64,000 bases of DNA from a virus, in IMG/VR virus record IMGVR_UViG_3300018080_000100. The stretch is one strand, 5' to 3'. Below, in pieces: positions 1 to 9,769 of the stretch (the first letter of the stretch is position 1; the number at the start of each line of letters is the position of its first letter). The notes below the pieces were generated by a model. That model worked only from the letters and a program-made list of their open reading frames with translations. It did not search any database and was not told where the DNA came from. The translations under genes and the position numbers were made by a program.

Positions 1-28
1 AATTTGGGCGCACAACGAGCCTGACGGT

Positions 29-307
29 TTGACCCTGTATCGTGGTATGCTGGATACCAGCGACATCCTGAATGGCATCCGCCGTGCCGGCGAGTTGCAA
101 GCATTGCTGGCACACCAGATGCTGGACCTTACGATCTGGATCGAACGGGATGTCCCAAAGGATCCGTCATGCGAAATCACCATCGACGATTGCGACATCG
201 CGATCCCGAACAACGGCACTTTGGAGGAACTGTACCAGCGCTTGGAGCGGTTCTCCAAAGTGACCGGCTTGTTCGAGCCGGATGTGCACCATCGTCAATA
301 TCGTTGA
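29..307 (+). CDS. hypothetical protein (may begin upstream of window)
   Basis: 92-aa ORF from the six-frame track on the plus-strand block at the left end; no recognisable motif. Confidence 0.35.
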   Translation: MTLYRGMLDTSDILNGIRRAGELQALLAHQMLDLTIWIERDVPKDPSCEITIDDCDIAIPNNGTLEELYQRLERFSKVTGLFEPDVHHRQYR

Positions 308-316
308 GGTGACCCG

Positions 317-895
317 GTGGACATTGGCCTTGGTTGGTTATCGGACTTTGTGCGATGGGTGTCGCGAATCTTCCCGCGCGGCTTACACGTGGATGCCACG
401 CAGGAAGGTGTGATGCTCACGCTCAGTAGAGCGAAGCGCATCAGGCCTGGCTTCCATATCTACTGGCCTCCCATCCAACGGCCGATGGTCCATCCGGTTA
501 AGCGCGACTCTTTCGAAGTCGGCGTGCAGACTCTACCGCACAGATCCGAACGCCCGATTGGCATTTGCATCTCTGTTACTGTAGTCTACACGATTGGCGA
601 CATAATGAAAGCGCTGGTTGACACCTACAACTTCCCGTCGACCATCAAAGACCGAGCGCAGGGCGCTGTCATAGGCGCATGCATCGGCAAGACGATCACC
701 GAACTAGCCGACAATCACCAGAAGATTAACGCGGCGCTAACACGCAGAATGCGTAAGGCGCTCGACAAATACGGCGTCGAAGTGGAAGAGGCATTCATGT
801 CCGACTTCCACCTGTCCAACATGCATCGAGTACACGGCGGCACAACAGTCCTACCGATGGACGCTGCCGAGGAAGAAGAGGAGGAAGAGGAATGA
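317..895 (+). CDS. SPFH/band-7-like protein with poly-Glu C-terminus
   Basis: 192-aa ORF; the central segment resembles stomatin/prohibitin SPFH-domain profiles (…GVEVEEAFMSDFHLS…); terminal EEEEEEEEE run. Confidence 0.4.
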   Translation: MDIGLGWLSDFVRWVSRIFPRGLHVDATQEGVMLTLSRAKRIRPGFHIYWPPIQRPMVHPVKRDSFEVGVQTLPHRSERPIGICISVTVVYTIGDIMKALVDTYNFPSTIKDRAQGAVIGACIGKTITELADNHQKINAALTRRMRKALDKYGVEVEEAFMSDFHLSNMHRVHGGTTVLPMDAAEEEEEEEE

Positions 896-1140
896 TGGCA
901 AAGGCCACCGCAGACCCGCTTGCAGCTTTGAAGTCTCGTACACGGCGCGTGACCCCGAAGGTACTACGCGGCGACAGCAAGAAGCTCTGGGACGAGTTCG
1001 TCCAGAACTATGCAAACGAGGAGTATGCAGGCATCCCAATGACCGATCTCTACGAGTGGGCCAAAGAGCATTGCAAGCTGACATGCTCGCTTAGCTGCTT
1101 CCGGCAGGCGCTGATTGAGCAGGCAGAGAATCGCCCTTAA
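892..1140 (+). CDS. hypothetical protein
   Basis: 82-aa ORF whose ATG overlaps the preceding stop (ATGA); no motif. Confidence 0.35.
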   Translation: MMAKATADPLAALKSRTRRVTPKVLRGDSKKLWDEFVQNYANEEYAGIPMTDLYEWAKEHCKLTCSLSCFRQALIEQAENRP

Positions 1141-1936
1141 TCCTGATCTTGCGGAAACGGCGCCCCAGCTGCCCATCGTGCAAACCATCATCGAGATCAA
1201 CCGCCAGTAGGGCGGCGTACATGGTGGTGCGCAGATGGCGCAGCTCAATCGCAGTTTGGTCTAGCTGTCGCGACTCGTTGTCGAGCGCCACCTCAACGTC
1301 GTACTGCCGCTTCTCGCGTTCGCGAATGGTCGCCAGTCTCTCGCCTTCCTCCACCGTGAACTTCTCGATCCGCTCCTTTAGATCGGCCTCGCGGACAGCC
1401 AATTCGTCTGCGCGATTCTTGAGGATGAGCTTCTCCCGCTGCCGCATCTTCATGAATTCCGCACGATCGCGTTCGAGCTCCGTCAGCCGTTTGCTGAAAT
1501 GCTCTTCGGCTTCCGTCTGCTCTACTTCATAGCGCCCAATCTTCTGGCGCCATCTACGGCGGCCGGTCTTGAACGGGCCGCCCTGTCTAAAGCGTGATTT
1601 GACACGTGCGCCAAGCGCGGCGCTGGCTTCTTTGCGGGAGCTGGCTGTAGAGCCCGCCTGATCGACGCTGTTGCACCACGTCCAGCAAGCCAGATCCTCA
1701 GCATCCTCGCGGCTAGCGAACTCGACCCACATGGCATAGCCGCTGGGGACATGTAGCGCCACCCAGTAGCGTTTGCCGTTATCGTCGGGATCGTCCTGAT
1801 AAACCGCCCAGACGCCTTCTGTGCCCAGCACTGGGTACGCCAAGCGCCGTTCGCGCTTATGATTCCAGTCGATCACACGCTCGACCTCGATAGCCGGCGG
1901 ACCGTAGGGGTCCGCCGGCTCCTTGGTCTTGGTCAT
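1091..1936 (-). CDS. hypothetical coiled-coil protein
   Basis: 281-aa ORF with a charged heptad-like C-terminal half; no enzymatic motif. Confidence 0.45.
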   Translation of the reverse strand: MTKTKEPADPYGPPAIEVERVIDWNHKRERRLAYPVLGTEGVWAVYQDDPDDNGKRYWVALHVPSGYAMWVEFASREDAEDLACWTWCNSVDQAGSTASSRKEASAALGARVKSRFRQGGPFKTGRRRWRQKIGRYEVEQTEAEEHFSKRLTELERDRAEFMKMRQREKLILKNRADELAVREADLKERIEKFTVEEGERLATIREREKRQYDVEVALDNESRQLDQTAIELRHLRTTMYAALLAVDLDDGLHDGQLGRRFRKIRIKGDSLPAQSAPAGSS

Positions 1937-2508
1937 TCGCAGTAGCCCTTAGACTTGCCCCAAGCGGCGCAGGTCTTCGACATACTGTTGTTCGCATGAA
2001 ACCAGTCACGCGCCCAATCCCAGTCGTCGTTGACCAGCGTGGCAAAGTCATGCTCGTTGAGTTCGATGACCGTATCAGTGGTCAGCTCCAACATGCGGAT
2101 CACGCGGTCGTAGTCGGCCACATGGTTCGCCGGCGGCCACGCGCGGATGTCCACGCGGATAGCTTTGCCGTCGCGCAGCTTCTGCGCCTCGCCTTCGAGC
2201 TTCTCTGCGGTCTTGGCGCAGAAGCCGGCAAGCGCTTCGTCGCGCATGGTTATATGCTGCTCTCGGTTCTTCCGAACGATATCAAGCAGCTTGTCACGTT
2301 CCATCGTGCATTTGATGTCCAAGGTAAATCTCCGATACGTGTCGAAACGTGCGCGCGCCAGGCCTTGTGTGTTGCCTATCGACCCGCCCATCGTTTCATA
2401 TGCGTAGAATTCCAGCTTGTAGCGCGGCCCCCGAATATACATTTCGGCCGGGAGCCGCGCGCCTGGTATGCTGAATGCGCCGTAGCGATTAGGCGTTGAC
2501 CAGTTCAT
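1933..2508 (-). CDS. hypothetical protein
   Basis: 191-aa ORF whose stop overlaps the start of the downstream gene. Confidence 0.45.
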   Translation of the reverse strand: MNWSTPNRYGAFSIPGARLPAEMYIRGPRYKLEFYAYETMGGSIGNTQGLARARFDTYRRFTLDIKCTMERDKLLDIVRKNREQHITMRDEALAGFCAKTAEKLEGEAQKLRDGKAIRVDIRAWPPANHVADYDRVIRMLELTTDTVIELNEHDFATLVNDDWDWARDWFHANNSMSKTCAAWGKSKGYCE

Positions 2509-4594
2509 TGAACTCGTCTTCGGTCAGGATGGTGACATCCAGTTGCCGCGCCTTAGTCAGCTTGCTGCCGGCATCTGCGCCGGCCACGAGATAGTCGGTC
2601 TTGCCCGAGACACTGCTCGAAGCTTTGCCGCCAGCATCCTTGATGGCTTGTTTGATGCCATCGCGGGTGTAGCCGACGAGCTTGCCAGTCGCGCAGATGT
2701 TCTTGCCGTCCAGCGGACGTGGTCCGGCTGGCACTACCTCTGGCGGGGGATCGCCCATGCCCGTGTTGACGCCCCAGGTACGGAAGTCTTCCAGGAGCTG
2801 TCTGTTCCCGTCATGGGCCAGCCAGTCTTCAAGACTTGCAGCCGTCTCCTTACCTATCCCCTCCAGCTCGCTCAGACTATCTGCGCTCCACGAATTGCCC
2901 AACTCCACAAAAACGTCGACTGGCTTGCCGGCGCGCGCAACCACGGCCTTGCAAATCAGCTCGGAATTGGTCCGCCCGACGTGCTTGATGTTGAGCGACG
3001 CCATCAGGCGCCACGAGGGACGCGTAGCAGCCTCGTCTATGGCCGCCAGGAGCTTTTTCGACTTCCCAGGCGTCAAACCCGGAATGGCCCCAGAATCGGC
3101 GTCTACGGTGTCGTAGAGGCACCATAGATCGGCCAGGCTTGTGAGCAGCCCACCAACTTCGCCGTTGTAATCCTCCGCCATCATCGCCTGGACGGCCTTG
3201 GGACCGAGTCCGTCGATATCCAGGCGGCTGCGGTCGGCAGCTGCGAGGATTACGGCTTCTAGCTGGGCTGGGCAGCCTGCGGTGTTTGTGCAGGACACGA
3301 GGGGACCATCGCGCACGGTGTTGGCCTCGCAGACCGGGCACTTCTCGGGCGGCTTGAACTTCCGCGGCCGTCCGGTGCGCTTGCCCGTGTGTACCCGCAC
3401 CAGGTGGGGTATGATCTTCCCCGCCTTCTCCAGCGTCACAGTGTCCCCGATGCGGGGGTCCAACCGTTCGACCTCGTCGAAGTTGAACAGGGTGCTCTTC
3501 TGTACCGTAGTCTCAGCGATCTCGACGGGCTCGTAGTAGGCGACAGGCGTCAGCGTTCCTTGCTTACCGACCTGCGTCTCGAGCCGTACGATCTTGGTTT
3601 CAGCCTCATATCGCTCCCATTTGTAGGCCATGGCCCACGAAACGTGGCGCGATGAAACAGAGCCCATTGTTTCACGATCGCTGAAACAGTCCAGTTTCAG
3701 CACGATCCCGTCGACCGGAATATCAAGACCGTTGATCACGGCGACCATCTGCTCGATCTGCTTGCGCGCGACTGGATACGTCAGCGGGTTCATAGTCTCG
3801 CAGTTGCTCGGAATGCCCATCAGATGCAGCGCGTACATCGTCTCAACGAATGAGTCGTTGTAGTAGTCCGGATCGAACTGGCCGACGCCATGCGCTATGA
3901 AGTGCAGCTTGCGCTTCCAGCATTCCTTAGGGTCGTGCTGCCGCAATGCGCCCGACGCCGCGTTTCTGGAGTTCTTGAAGGGTTCCTCGCCGGCCTTCTC
4001 CTGCGCGTCCACCAGCGCGGCGAAGGCCGAGTTGGGGATATAGACCTCGCCGCGGACCTCCACGGTGCCGTCAACTTTGATCACATGATCATTTTTCGGC
4101 AGGTCGTCTCGGACGAGGCGTTCCAGCTTGCGCGGGATACCGCGGATCGACATGGCATTGTGGGTGATGTCATCACCCTTCTTGCCGTCGCCGCGGGTCA
4201 CAGCGCGCGTCAGTACACCGTCGACGTAGATCAGGCTGATGGCGCAGCCATCGACCTTCCAGTCGGCGCTATATACCGGGCCTTTCTTGAGCTTATGCGA
4301 CGCACGGACGTGGAACTTGTCCAACGCATCCACGTCAAAACCGTTGTCGATCGAGAGCATCGACACAGCGTGCTTGACGGATTTCAGCCCAGCGATGGGC
4401 TCGCCGCCGACACGTTGCGTGGGACTCTTCGGGTCAGCGAATTCCGGATTCTCGGCTTCCAGACGCTGCAGCTCCTTGAACTGCTTGTCGTAGAACGCAT
4501 CCGAGACGACCGATTCGCTGTATGTGTAGTACATACGGTCCCATTCTGCGATCGCGTCGCGGAGTTCTTCAATCTGTGTCCTTACGTCAGGCAT
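2489..4594 (-). CDS. ligA: NAD-dependent DNA ligase
   Basis: 701 aa; N-terminal Ia domain; adenylation motif KxDG (WKVDGCAISLIYVDG); OB fold; Cys4 zinc finger (CPVCEAN…C…C); HhH region; C-terminal BRCT-like domain. Matches the LigA family throughout. Confidence 0.9.
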   Translation of the reverse strand: MPDVRTQIEELRDAIAEWDRMYYTYSESVVSDAFYDKQFKELQRLEAENPEFADPKSPTQRVGGEPIAGLKSVKHAVSMLSIDNGFDVDALDKFHVRASHKLKKGPVYSADWKVDGCAISLIYVDGVLTRAVTRGDGKKGDDITHNAMSIRGIPRKLERLVRDDLPKNDHVIKVDGTVEVRGEVYIPNSAFAALVDAQEKAGEEPFKNSRNAASGALRQHDPKECWKRKLHFIAHGVGQFDPDYYNDSFVETMYALHLMGIPSNCETMNPLTYPVARKQIEQMVAVINGLDIPVDGIVLKLDCFSDRETMGSVSSRHVSWAMAYKWERYEAETKIVRLETQVGKQGTLTPVAYYEPVEIAETTVQKSTLFNFDEVERLDPRIGDTVTLEKAGKIIPHLVRVHTGKRTGRPRKFKPPEKCPVCEANTVRDGPLVSCTNTAGCPAQLEAVILAAADRSRLDIDGLGPKAVQAMMAEDYNGEVGGLLTSLADLWCLYDTVDADSGAIPGLTPGKSKKLLAAIDEAATRPSWRLMASLNIKHVGRTNSELICKAVVARAGKPVDVFVELGNSWSADSLSELEGIGKETAASLEDWLAHDGNRQLLEDFRTWGVNTGMGDPPPEVVPAGPRPLDGKNICATGKLVGYTRDGIKQAIKDAGGKASSSVSGKTDYLVAGADAGSKLTKARQLDVTILTEDEFNELVNA

Positions 4595-4925
4595 AGTCTT
4601 CCCCTCCTGGGAGCTTCTCGATTTTCTGTTGGATGATAAACGGCTTCTCGGCTTTGTGCCAATGCGGCCGATCCTGCAGCCATTCGTCCAGGGTCGTTGT
4701 TAGGTCGTATGCGGACCCGGCCATGGAGATGACAATTGTATCGCGCTCACCGTCGAAGAAGATCGGCCCGATGGGCATCAAGCCAGCAACCAGTGGATGT
4801 ACTAGCACTTGATTCATCTGCGGCTGATACCATACGGGCAGCTCGATCTCCGTCTCGACGATTTCGCTCGTTTCTCCGTGAAGAATCACGGGCATCTGAA
4901 TGAACGCCCTGTAGTGGTCGCTCAC
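4587..4925 (-). CDS. hypothetical protein (GTG start overlapping the upstream stop, GTGA)
   Basis: In-frame GTG overlaps the TGA of the upstream ORF and is preceded by a purine-rich stretch; 112 aa; no motif. Confidence 0.3.
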   Translation of the reverse strand: MSDHYRAFIQMPVILHGETSEIVETEIELPVWYQPQMNQVLVHPLVAGLMPIGPIFFDGERDTIVISMAGSAYDLTTTLDEWLQDRPHWHKAEKPFIIQQKIEKLPGGEDYA

Positions 4926-5164
4926 TTCTTCTTCTCCCGCTTGGGCTTCAACTTCGTCTCCTTGCTTTCTAAGCGCCGGGCAACATCGTAGTCGAGACAC
5001 TCGCGGTCGTACCGAGAGAGCTCTTCGATGTAACACCGTTCGCAGCGTACGAATGGCAGCCTAGCGCCACCAGTCGTAGGATACCAATTCGTGGTCACCT
5101 CGAGACATCTCGTGCATTTCTTTGTTGGCCGCCTTAGCGGCTTGGCTACGCTTGTAGTCTGCAT
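4922..5164 (-). CDS. small zinc-ribbon protein
   Basis: 80 aa with CxxC…CxxC (KKCTRC…VRCERCY) and a Lys-rich tail; it overlaps the neighbouring ORF, so the start is uncertain. Confidence 0.3.
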   Translation of the reverse strand: MQTTSVAKPLRRPTKKCTRCLEVTTNWYPTTGGARLPFVRCERCYIEELSRYDRECLDYDVARRLESKETKLKPKREKKK

Positions 5165-5375
5165 AAAGTGCCTCGATTAGTTGTTTGAACCGCCAACGCT
5201 GTGTGCCACACGCACACCGCCTAAGGATGTCGGGACGCCTCTGCATGATCCAGAGATCTGCAGCGTTTCTTTGTCTCGTGGACATGTATTGCGTCCAATA
5301 GTCTTCAGCAGCCTCTTGGCCGCGTGTGACCCGCATGTCGAGCGCGTTCTGTATCGACCACGGCAGGTATCTCAC
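5061..5375 (-). CDS. hypothetical protein
   Basis: 104-aa ORF; no motif. Confidence 0.3.
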   Translation of the reverse strand: MRYLPWSIQNALDMRVTRGQEAAEDYWTQYMSTRQRNAADLWIMQRRPDILRRCACGTQRWRFKQLIEALYADYKRSQAAKAANKEMHEMSRGDHELVSYDWWR

Positions 5376-5451
5376 GGCGGGGCGTGCTGCACTCGAATCC
5401 TGTTCAGATGGCGCTGTCTGTCCATAGCGGTATCCTCCATGATGAAGGTGA

Positions 5452-7269
5452 TTACAATACTGCGGGCGCTTCGGCGTCCACAGGTGCCTCGGCAGCTACT
5501 ACCAGAGGCGGACGACTGTCGTCTTCTTCGTTCTCAGCCGGACCGTGCAGGTTTTCGGCAAGCTCTAGGCCCTCCTCTAGCCGGTCAGCTTCTCTTAACT
5601 CTTGTTCGGTCATCCTGGCGTTCACGAACTCGGCGACGGTTGGCATCCGTACCGAGCAGTTGTACATGAACTGCCCAATACCCCAGCGGTTGCCCATCCA
5701 GTCGTGATAGCGCGCGTAGAACGCTTTGGTGTGCTTGTGCGCCTTGAACGACGGCGTTGAGTGCAACGCCTCGTGCACGAGCAAATGGGCGTAGCGCATC
5801 CACGCCGTAGGCCCTGTCTTCATGTCGCGCACGTGCTCGCGGTTGATGGCTATGTAGGTCTTGCCGTCCGTCCACGATGTCAACGGACCGTACCCAAGCA
5901 CGATACGCATGTCGTGGAGATTTTTACCAGGACCGCCTGGCCACGCACGCCACAGCTGATTGACGTTCTGCCGTAGGCATCCCAGGACCACAGATTCAAC
6001 ACGATTGAGCTGAGAGTCATCGATGATCTGCGACTTGGAATTCAGCGAGGCGACCAAATCGCCCCACGGTATGTACGTTAGCGCGTAGCGGTCGTACCCG
6101 CCGATTACGCGATTAACCAGCGCCACCAACGCTTCGCAGTTCTGCAGCCCGAAACGGGTCAGCGTGGTGTTGTCTATCACGCACGCCAGCTGATTGATGG
6201 TAATCGCCGCGACATTCGAGCGGTGCCTGTAACTGTAGTTGTCAGCGCCCCGCGGCGGGCTGGTAACTTGGCCACGGGCCACGTTGTGGACCTGCCGCAC
6301 AGTAAGATTCGCACGCTGCTCAAATCGCTTGAAGAGCCGAGCATTCTTGAACTGCTGGGCTTCCAGCTCGCCGTCTTTGGCCTGGTTACAGAGCCGTACA
6401 CGATCATCCTCGGTCAGCCTAACGGGCGCCGCGCGATTACCTGTCCTACGGCGCTGCGTTCCGGGCGTGGAACGCGTGCGCGTCTGCTCGGCGTTAGCCC
6501 GCTTGGTGATCTCCTTGAGCACCTTACGCCAGACAGGGCAGTCATCCATGATGTCGTTGCGCGCGAAGTTCACCTTGAGCGGCTTCTTCGTCACGACGTC
6601 ACCGCCTACACCGTACTTGTACCGGTAGTAGGAGATCACTTTGATGCCCTGGTTGTACACGCGCAGGTCTTGGTTCGCCCGATACCGAATATCGGCCTCC
6701 GGCGTCTCGACGTCCCACGGTACGCGGGCGCGATTGGCGACGAACTTGTCACCGTTCAGCGTGGCGTTCAGCTCAACGTACTTGGCGTTGCTCTTGATCT
6801 CTTCCTGCAGCTGCGACAACTGGGTGTGCGACAGCTGCTTGAACAGCTCTACTGTGACACTGCACCCGTCGCGGTGGTCCAGGCCCTCGGTAAGGTGGTA
6901 GTCCAGGCCGTCGCGCTCGATGTTGACGACCATCTCGAATTCGCCTGAGCGCCAGATGTTGTGGCCGAAAGCGAATAGCTGGCCACGGCCCATCCGGAAC
7001 GCTCCGAATGTCTTGTTCTCTCGTGCCTCATGCATCTTGCCGAAGACCTCGAAGAAGTCCTCGATGTCGCTTCGGGAGCGGAAACCCTTTCCGTTGTCCC
7101 GAATCGTCAGCATATTTCGCGTGAGTTCGATCTCGCATGTGGAGGCGCCTGCGTCGATGGCGTTCATGACGCCCTCGATCGTGGCTTTCCACAGGCTGCC
7201 GGCCTGACGTTTGATTATGTCAACCAGCAGTTGTTGGTCCATTTTGAAGCTACGTCGTTCTCTGCTCAT
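5452..7269 (-). CDS. GHKL-family ATPase fused to a C-terminal HExxH (zincin-like) domain
   Basis: 605 aa. N-terminus has the Bergerat-fold N-box (EGVMNAIDAGAS) and G1 box (IRDNGKGF). C-terminus carries LLVHEALHS (HExxH). The architecture is not a standard described fusion. Confidence 0.6.
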   Translation of the reverse strand: MSRERRSFKMDQQLLVDIIKRQAGSLWKATIEGVMNAIDAGASTCEIELTRNMLTIRDNGKGFRSRSDIEDFFEVFGKMHEARENKTFGAFRMGRGQLFAFGHNIWRSGEFEMVVNIERDGLDYHLTEGLDHRDGCSVTVELFKQLSHTQLSQLQEEIKSNAKYVELNATLNGDKFVANRARVPWDVETPEADIRYRANQDLRVYNQGIKVISYYRYKYGVGGDVVTKKPLKVNFARNDIMDDCPVWRKVLKEITKRANAEQTRTRSTPGTQRRRTGNRAAPVRLTEDDRVRLCNQAKDGELEAQQFKNARLFKRFEQRANLTVRQVHNVARGQVTSPPRGADNYSYRHRSNVAAITINQLACVIDNTTLTRFGLQNCEALVALVNRVIGGYDRYALTYIPWGDLVASLNSKSQIIDDSQLNRVESVVLGCLRQNVNQLWRAWPGGPGKNLHDMRIVLGYGPLTSWTDGKTYIAINREHVRDMKTGPTAWMRYAHLLVHEALHSTPSFKAHKHTKAFYARYHDWMGNRWGIGQFMYNCSVRMPTVAEFVNARMTEQELREADRLEEGLELAENLHGPAENEEDDSRPPLVVAAEAPVDAEAPAVL

Positions 7270-7792
7270 TCCTCTTCAGCGAAATGCGGCGAGGCGCCCT
7301 GTTCTCGGTGGCGTCTTCTTTGACCTCCGGCGGCTCCTCGTCGTGGGTATGGTAGCGGGGGTGGCGATACAACACGCGATTCCGAACGGTTTCCTCGATC
7401 TTGACGATGTTGTTCATCAGGATTGCAGGCCCGCTTTCGGACTTGCTGTTGTACAGCATGATTGGAACCGTCTGGTCCCCGTCGCTAAGAGATATGTACC
7501 CCTCATCGTAGTCGCCCCAAGCACGCCCGGTCAGCGGGTTGCCGTAGTAGATACGGAAGCGCATCCTATCGATGCGCAGCGCCAGGCGTATTTGGAAGAA
7601 ATCGATGATCGCCCTAGGCACGTGTGGGCCGTAGAGCTCAGGGTAGTACGTTGCAGCACGCAACTTAGCTCGAGAAATCGTAGATGGTAGCGTCGTCAGG
7701 GAGTCCTGGGTATCTTCCACAGAGGATCTTGAGCGCGTGTTTGTAGGTGTCGACGACATCTTCTCTGGCTTGTCTTGAAACCTCGTCCACAA
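7250..7792 (-). CDS. hypothetical protein (true start probably internal; 5' region overlaps the RNase H gene)
   Basis: 180-aa ORF; it overlaps 7665..7792 with the upstream ORF; no motif. Confidence 0.3.
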   Translation of the reverse strand: MWTRFQDKPEKMSSTPTNTRSRSSVEDTQDSLTTLPSTISRAKLRAATYYPELYGPHVPRAIIDFFQIRLALRIDRMRFRIYYGNPLTGRAWGDYDEGYISLSDGDQTVPIMLYNSKSESGPAILMNNIVKIEETVRNRVLYRHPRYHTHDEEPPEVKEDATENRAPRRISLKRNEQRTT

Positions 7793-8306
7793 GGATGTTC
7801 AGATTCACGCGGTCGCGTTCGACGTGGTGAAACGTCATGACGAAGCCGCGCTTGCGGTACTCGTCGAAAGCGGACCACAGTTCCTGGTGTGAACGTCGCG
7901 ACTCGGGCCGGTTGCCGGCCGTTGCCACGATCTTGCTGTCAGTCACTATATGGATCTGCATCTGGCGGTTGACCGCCTGCAGTTCTCTTCGCCGGTGTCG
8001 TCCCGGGCCGTCTCGCCCGGTATACCAGCTCAGCGCATGCAGATACGGAAACAGCTCGCCTAGCGTCACGGTGCCAGTATTCATGGCGCCGTAGAACAGC
8101 TTGCGCGCGCCGCTGTATCTGTCGATCAGTACGGCTGCCCAGCCTGCACCCATCTTCCAGCCGAGCCCGGACCCATCACCGATGATGATGGTGTCCCACT
8201 CAGTTATCTTCAGGTGGGCGCGGAGGTCGGCCAAACTGGCCAGTCCGGGAAGCAGGTGCTTCTTGCGCTTCTTTGCCGCTGTGCGCGTTTTCGTCTCTGT
8301 TGTCAC
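7665..8306 (-). CDS. RNase H-like ribonuclease
   Basis: 213 aa; IIIGDGSGLGW…; …TFHHVERDRVNLNILVDEVSRQA matches the RNase H catalytic Asp/Glu and C-terminal H…D layout. Confidence 0.5.
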   Translation of the reverse strand: MTTETKTRTAAKKRKKHLLPGLASLADLRAHLKITEWDTIIIGDGSGLGWKMGAGWAAVLIDRYSGARKLFYGAMNTGTVTLGELFPYLHALSWYTGRDGPGRHRRRELQAVNRQMQIHIVTDSKIVATAGNRPESRRSHQELWSAFDEYRKRGFVMTFHHVERDRVNLNILVDEVSRQAREDVVDTYKHALKILCGRYPGLPDDATIYDFSS

Positions 8307-8586
8307 TTTGTCTCGCCCTGACCGCCTCTTCGGCAGCCCTAAAGAACTGGGAGAGTCCGCGGCCTAGCACACCCGGCAGCTCAGCTGCTGTAGCGCCCAG
8401 GCGGCAGACTATAGATGGATCTTGCAAATCTCCGAAGGCCAAATGCGCCGGCACACCCGTAAGCTCTGGGGCGTACAGCAGCGCGACGGCAGCGCCGTCC
8501 AGCTCCGGAAACTCCTCGATCAGCTGTCCGAACATTTCGTGCAGACGTGCATTGATCTCTTCGTCGAATCGCTTACGTTCCGCCAT
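8200..8586 (-). CDS. hypothetical protein
   Basis: 128-aa ORF; no motif. Confidence 0.35.
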   Translation of the reverse strand: MAERKRFDEEINARLHEMFGQLIEEFPELDGAAVALLYAPELTGVPAHLAFGDLQDPSIVCRLGATAAELPGVLGRGLSQFFRAAEEAVRARQSDNRDENAHSGKEAQEAPASRTGQFGRPPRPPEDN

Positions 8587-9052
8587 CCGGCAATCGCTCC
8601 TTAATGAACCGCAGGATCTCAGCCCCTACCGCATCCCAGTCGAAGTATGGCCGACGGCCGTCCTCTGGGAAGATCAGCGGAGCGCCAGCTGCGGCGTCGT
8701 CGATGTAGTAGTGCGCGTATGCCTTGTTCGAAGTCGTCCAAGGTTGCGGGTTCTCATTCAGCAGATCGAACTCGACGCCGACCGATTCGCAGTAATCGAC
8801 AGCCTCGGTCAGCACACTGCCTTCTACCTGATTGTCGCTCCGCATGGTCCAGAGGATGAGGGTCGCCCCTGCTTCCTTGAACTTCTTCAACCACTCCAGC
8901 GCCTGCGGCACGGGTGGGCCAACATCGGGGAATCGATGCTCTACGATCGTGCCGTCGAAGTCGACGGCGATATACACCTTACGTCCTGGCATTTTGTTCC
9001 TGTGATCAAGTTTCGTCCGGGTCGAATATCTCTCGATTCTCGTCCAGGACAT
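8573..9052 (-). CDS. HAD-superfamily phosphatase/nucleotidase-like protein
   Basis: 159 aa; N-terminal motif I DFDGT (IAVDFDGTIV); small cap-less HAD fold typical of phage 5'-nucleotidases. Confidence 0.55.
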   Translation of the reverse strand: MSWTRIERYSTRTKLDHRNKMPGRKVYIAVDFDGTIVEHRFPDVGPPVPQALEWLKKFKEAGATLILWTMRSDNQVEGSVLTEAVDYCESVGVEFDLLNENPQPWTTSNKAYAHYYIDDAAAGAPLIFPEDGRRPYFDWDAVGAEILRFIKERLPDGGT

Positions 9053-9166
9053 CCAGCCGCCGTAGCGGCATGGCCTCAGCGCGGCGCTTGGCCGCGTCTA
9101 CGTCCTCAGTGTCAACGACTGCCAGGGCGTCCATCGTCACGCGTACGGGTATCTCAAAGGTAGGCA
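9006..9166 (-). CDS. small hypothetical protein
   Basis: 53 aa from an internal ATG that overlaps the upstream stop (TGATG). Confidence 0.3.
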
Positions 9167-9535
9167 TCAGTCGTTCTCCGGATCGTTGTCGATCGGCAGC
9201 GCTGCGGTGAGCGAGCCAATCAGTAGTGAAACACGGGTAGCCGCCAGGGAGTAGACTGGCAAGTACCAGACTACGTCCCACGGCGGCGACAGCCATAGGC
9301 TTGGTACGTAGAACAGCACCACGAGCCAGAAAGCAGCATGGTACGACAGACAGACGCGGCAGTTGACGAGCCAGGCCAGCTTGGCCCAGAACCAATCCCG
9401 CCGCGGCCGTTCGATCGGCTCCGCCATGACCGATATCCAGTCACGGAACTCTTCGAATAGCCCGCCTTTGTGCAGCCAGGCGTTCGCGAGAGCGCCCGTA
9501 GCAAGAAAGAGTACCACGAAGTCTAGCAGGTGCAT
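9167..9535 (-). CDS. membrane protein
   Basis: 122 aa with about three hydrophobic helices; ATG directly after an intergenic region. Confidence 0.4.
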   Translation of the reverse strand: MHLLDFVVLFLATGALANAWLHKGGLFEEFRDWISVMAEPIERPRRDWFWAKLAWLVNCRVCLSYHAAFWLVVLFYVPSLWLSPPWDVVWYLPVYSLAATRVSLLIGSLTAALPIDNDPEND

Positions 9536-9538
9536 GTC

Positions 9539-9769
9539 CTATTTTCCTTTACGTCGACCTTGTCGTCGATCCTGGTCCGCTTGTGCGAAACCTTTGGCAG
9601 CATGGAACGCCATGAATAGCGCGCCACCAACGATCAGCAGCGGTATCAGCGACTCGATGCCAGCGATCATGAATGCGATCAGCAAAGCAATTGCGAGCAT
9701 ACCGGCTGCCATTTTCGCCCACTCGTCGAACATGAGTTCAGCCCTCTCAAGTCCATACGGTCTGGTCAA
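9539..9769 (-). CDS. small membrane protein
   Basis: 76 aa with two predicted TM helices (…IALLIAFMIAGIESLIPLLIVGGALFMAF…) and a basic tail. Confidence 0.4.
   Translation of the reverse strand: MTRPYGLERAELMFDEWAKMAAGMLAIALLIAFMIAGIESLIPLLIVGGALFMAFHAAKGFAQADQDRRQGRRKGK

Noticed and set aside
6223-6948. 241-aa plus-strand ORF
   Set aside because: It lies antisense within the GHKL-HExxH gene. Its Val/Leu/Arg-rich composition is consistent with a shadow ORF of a high-GC gene.
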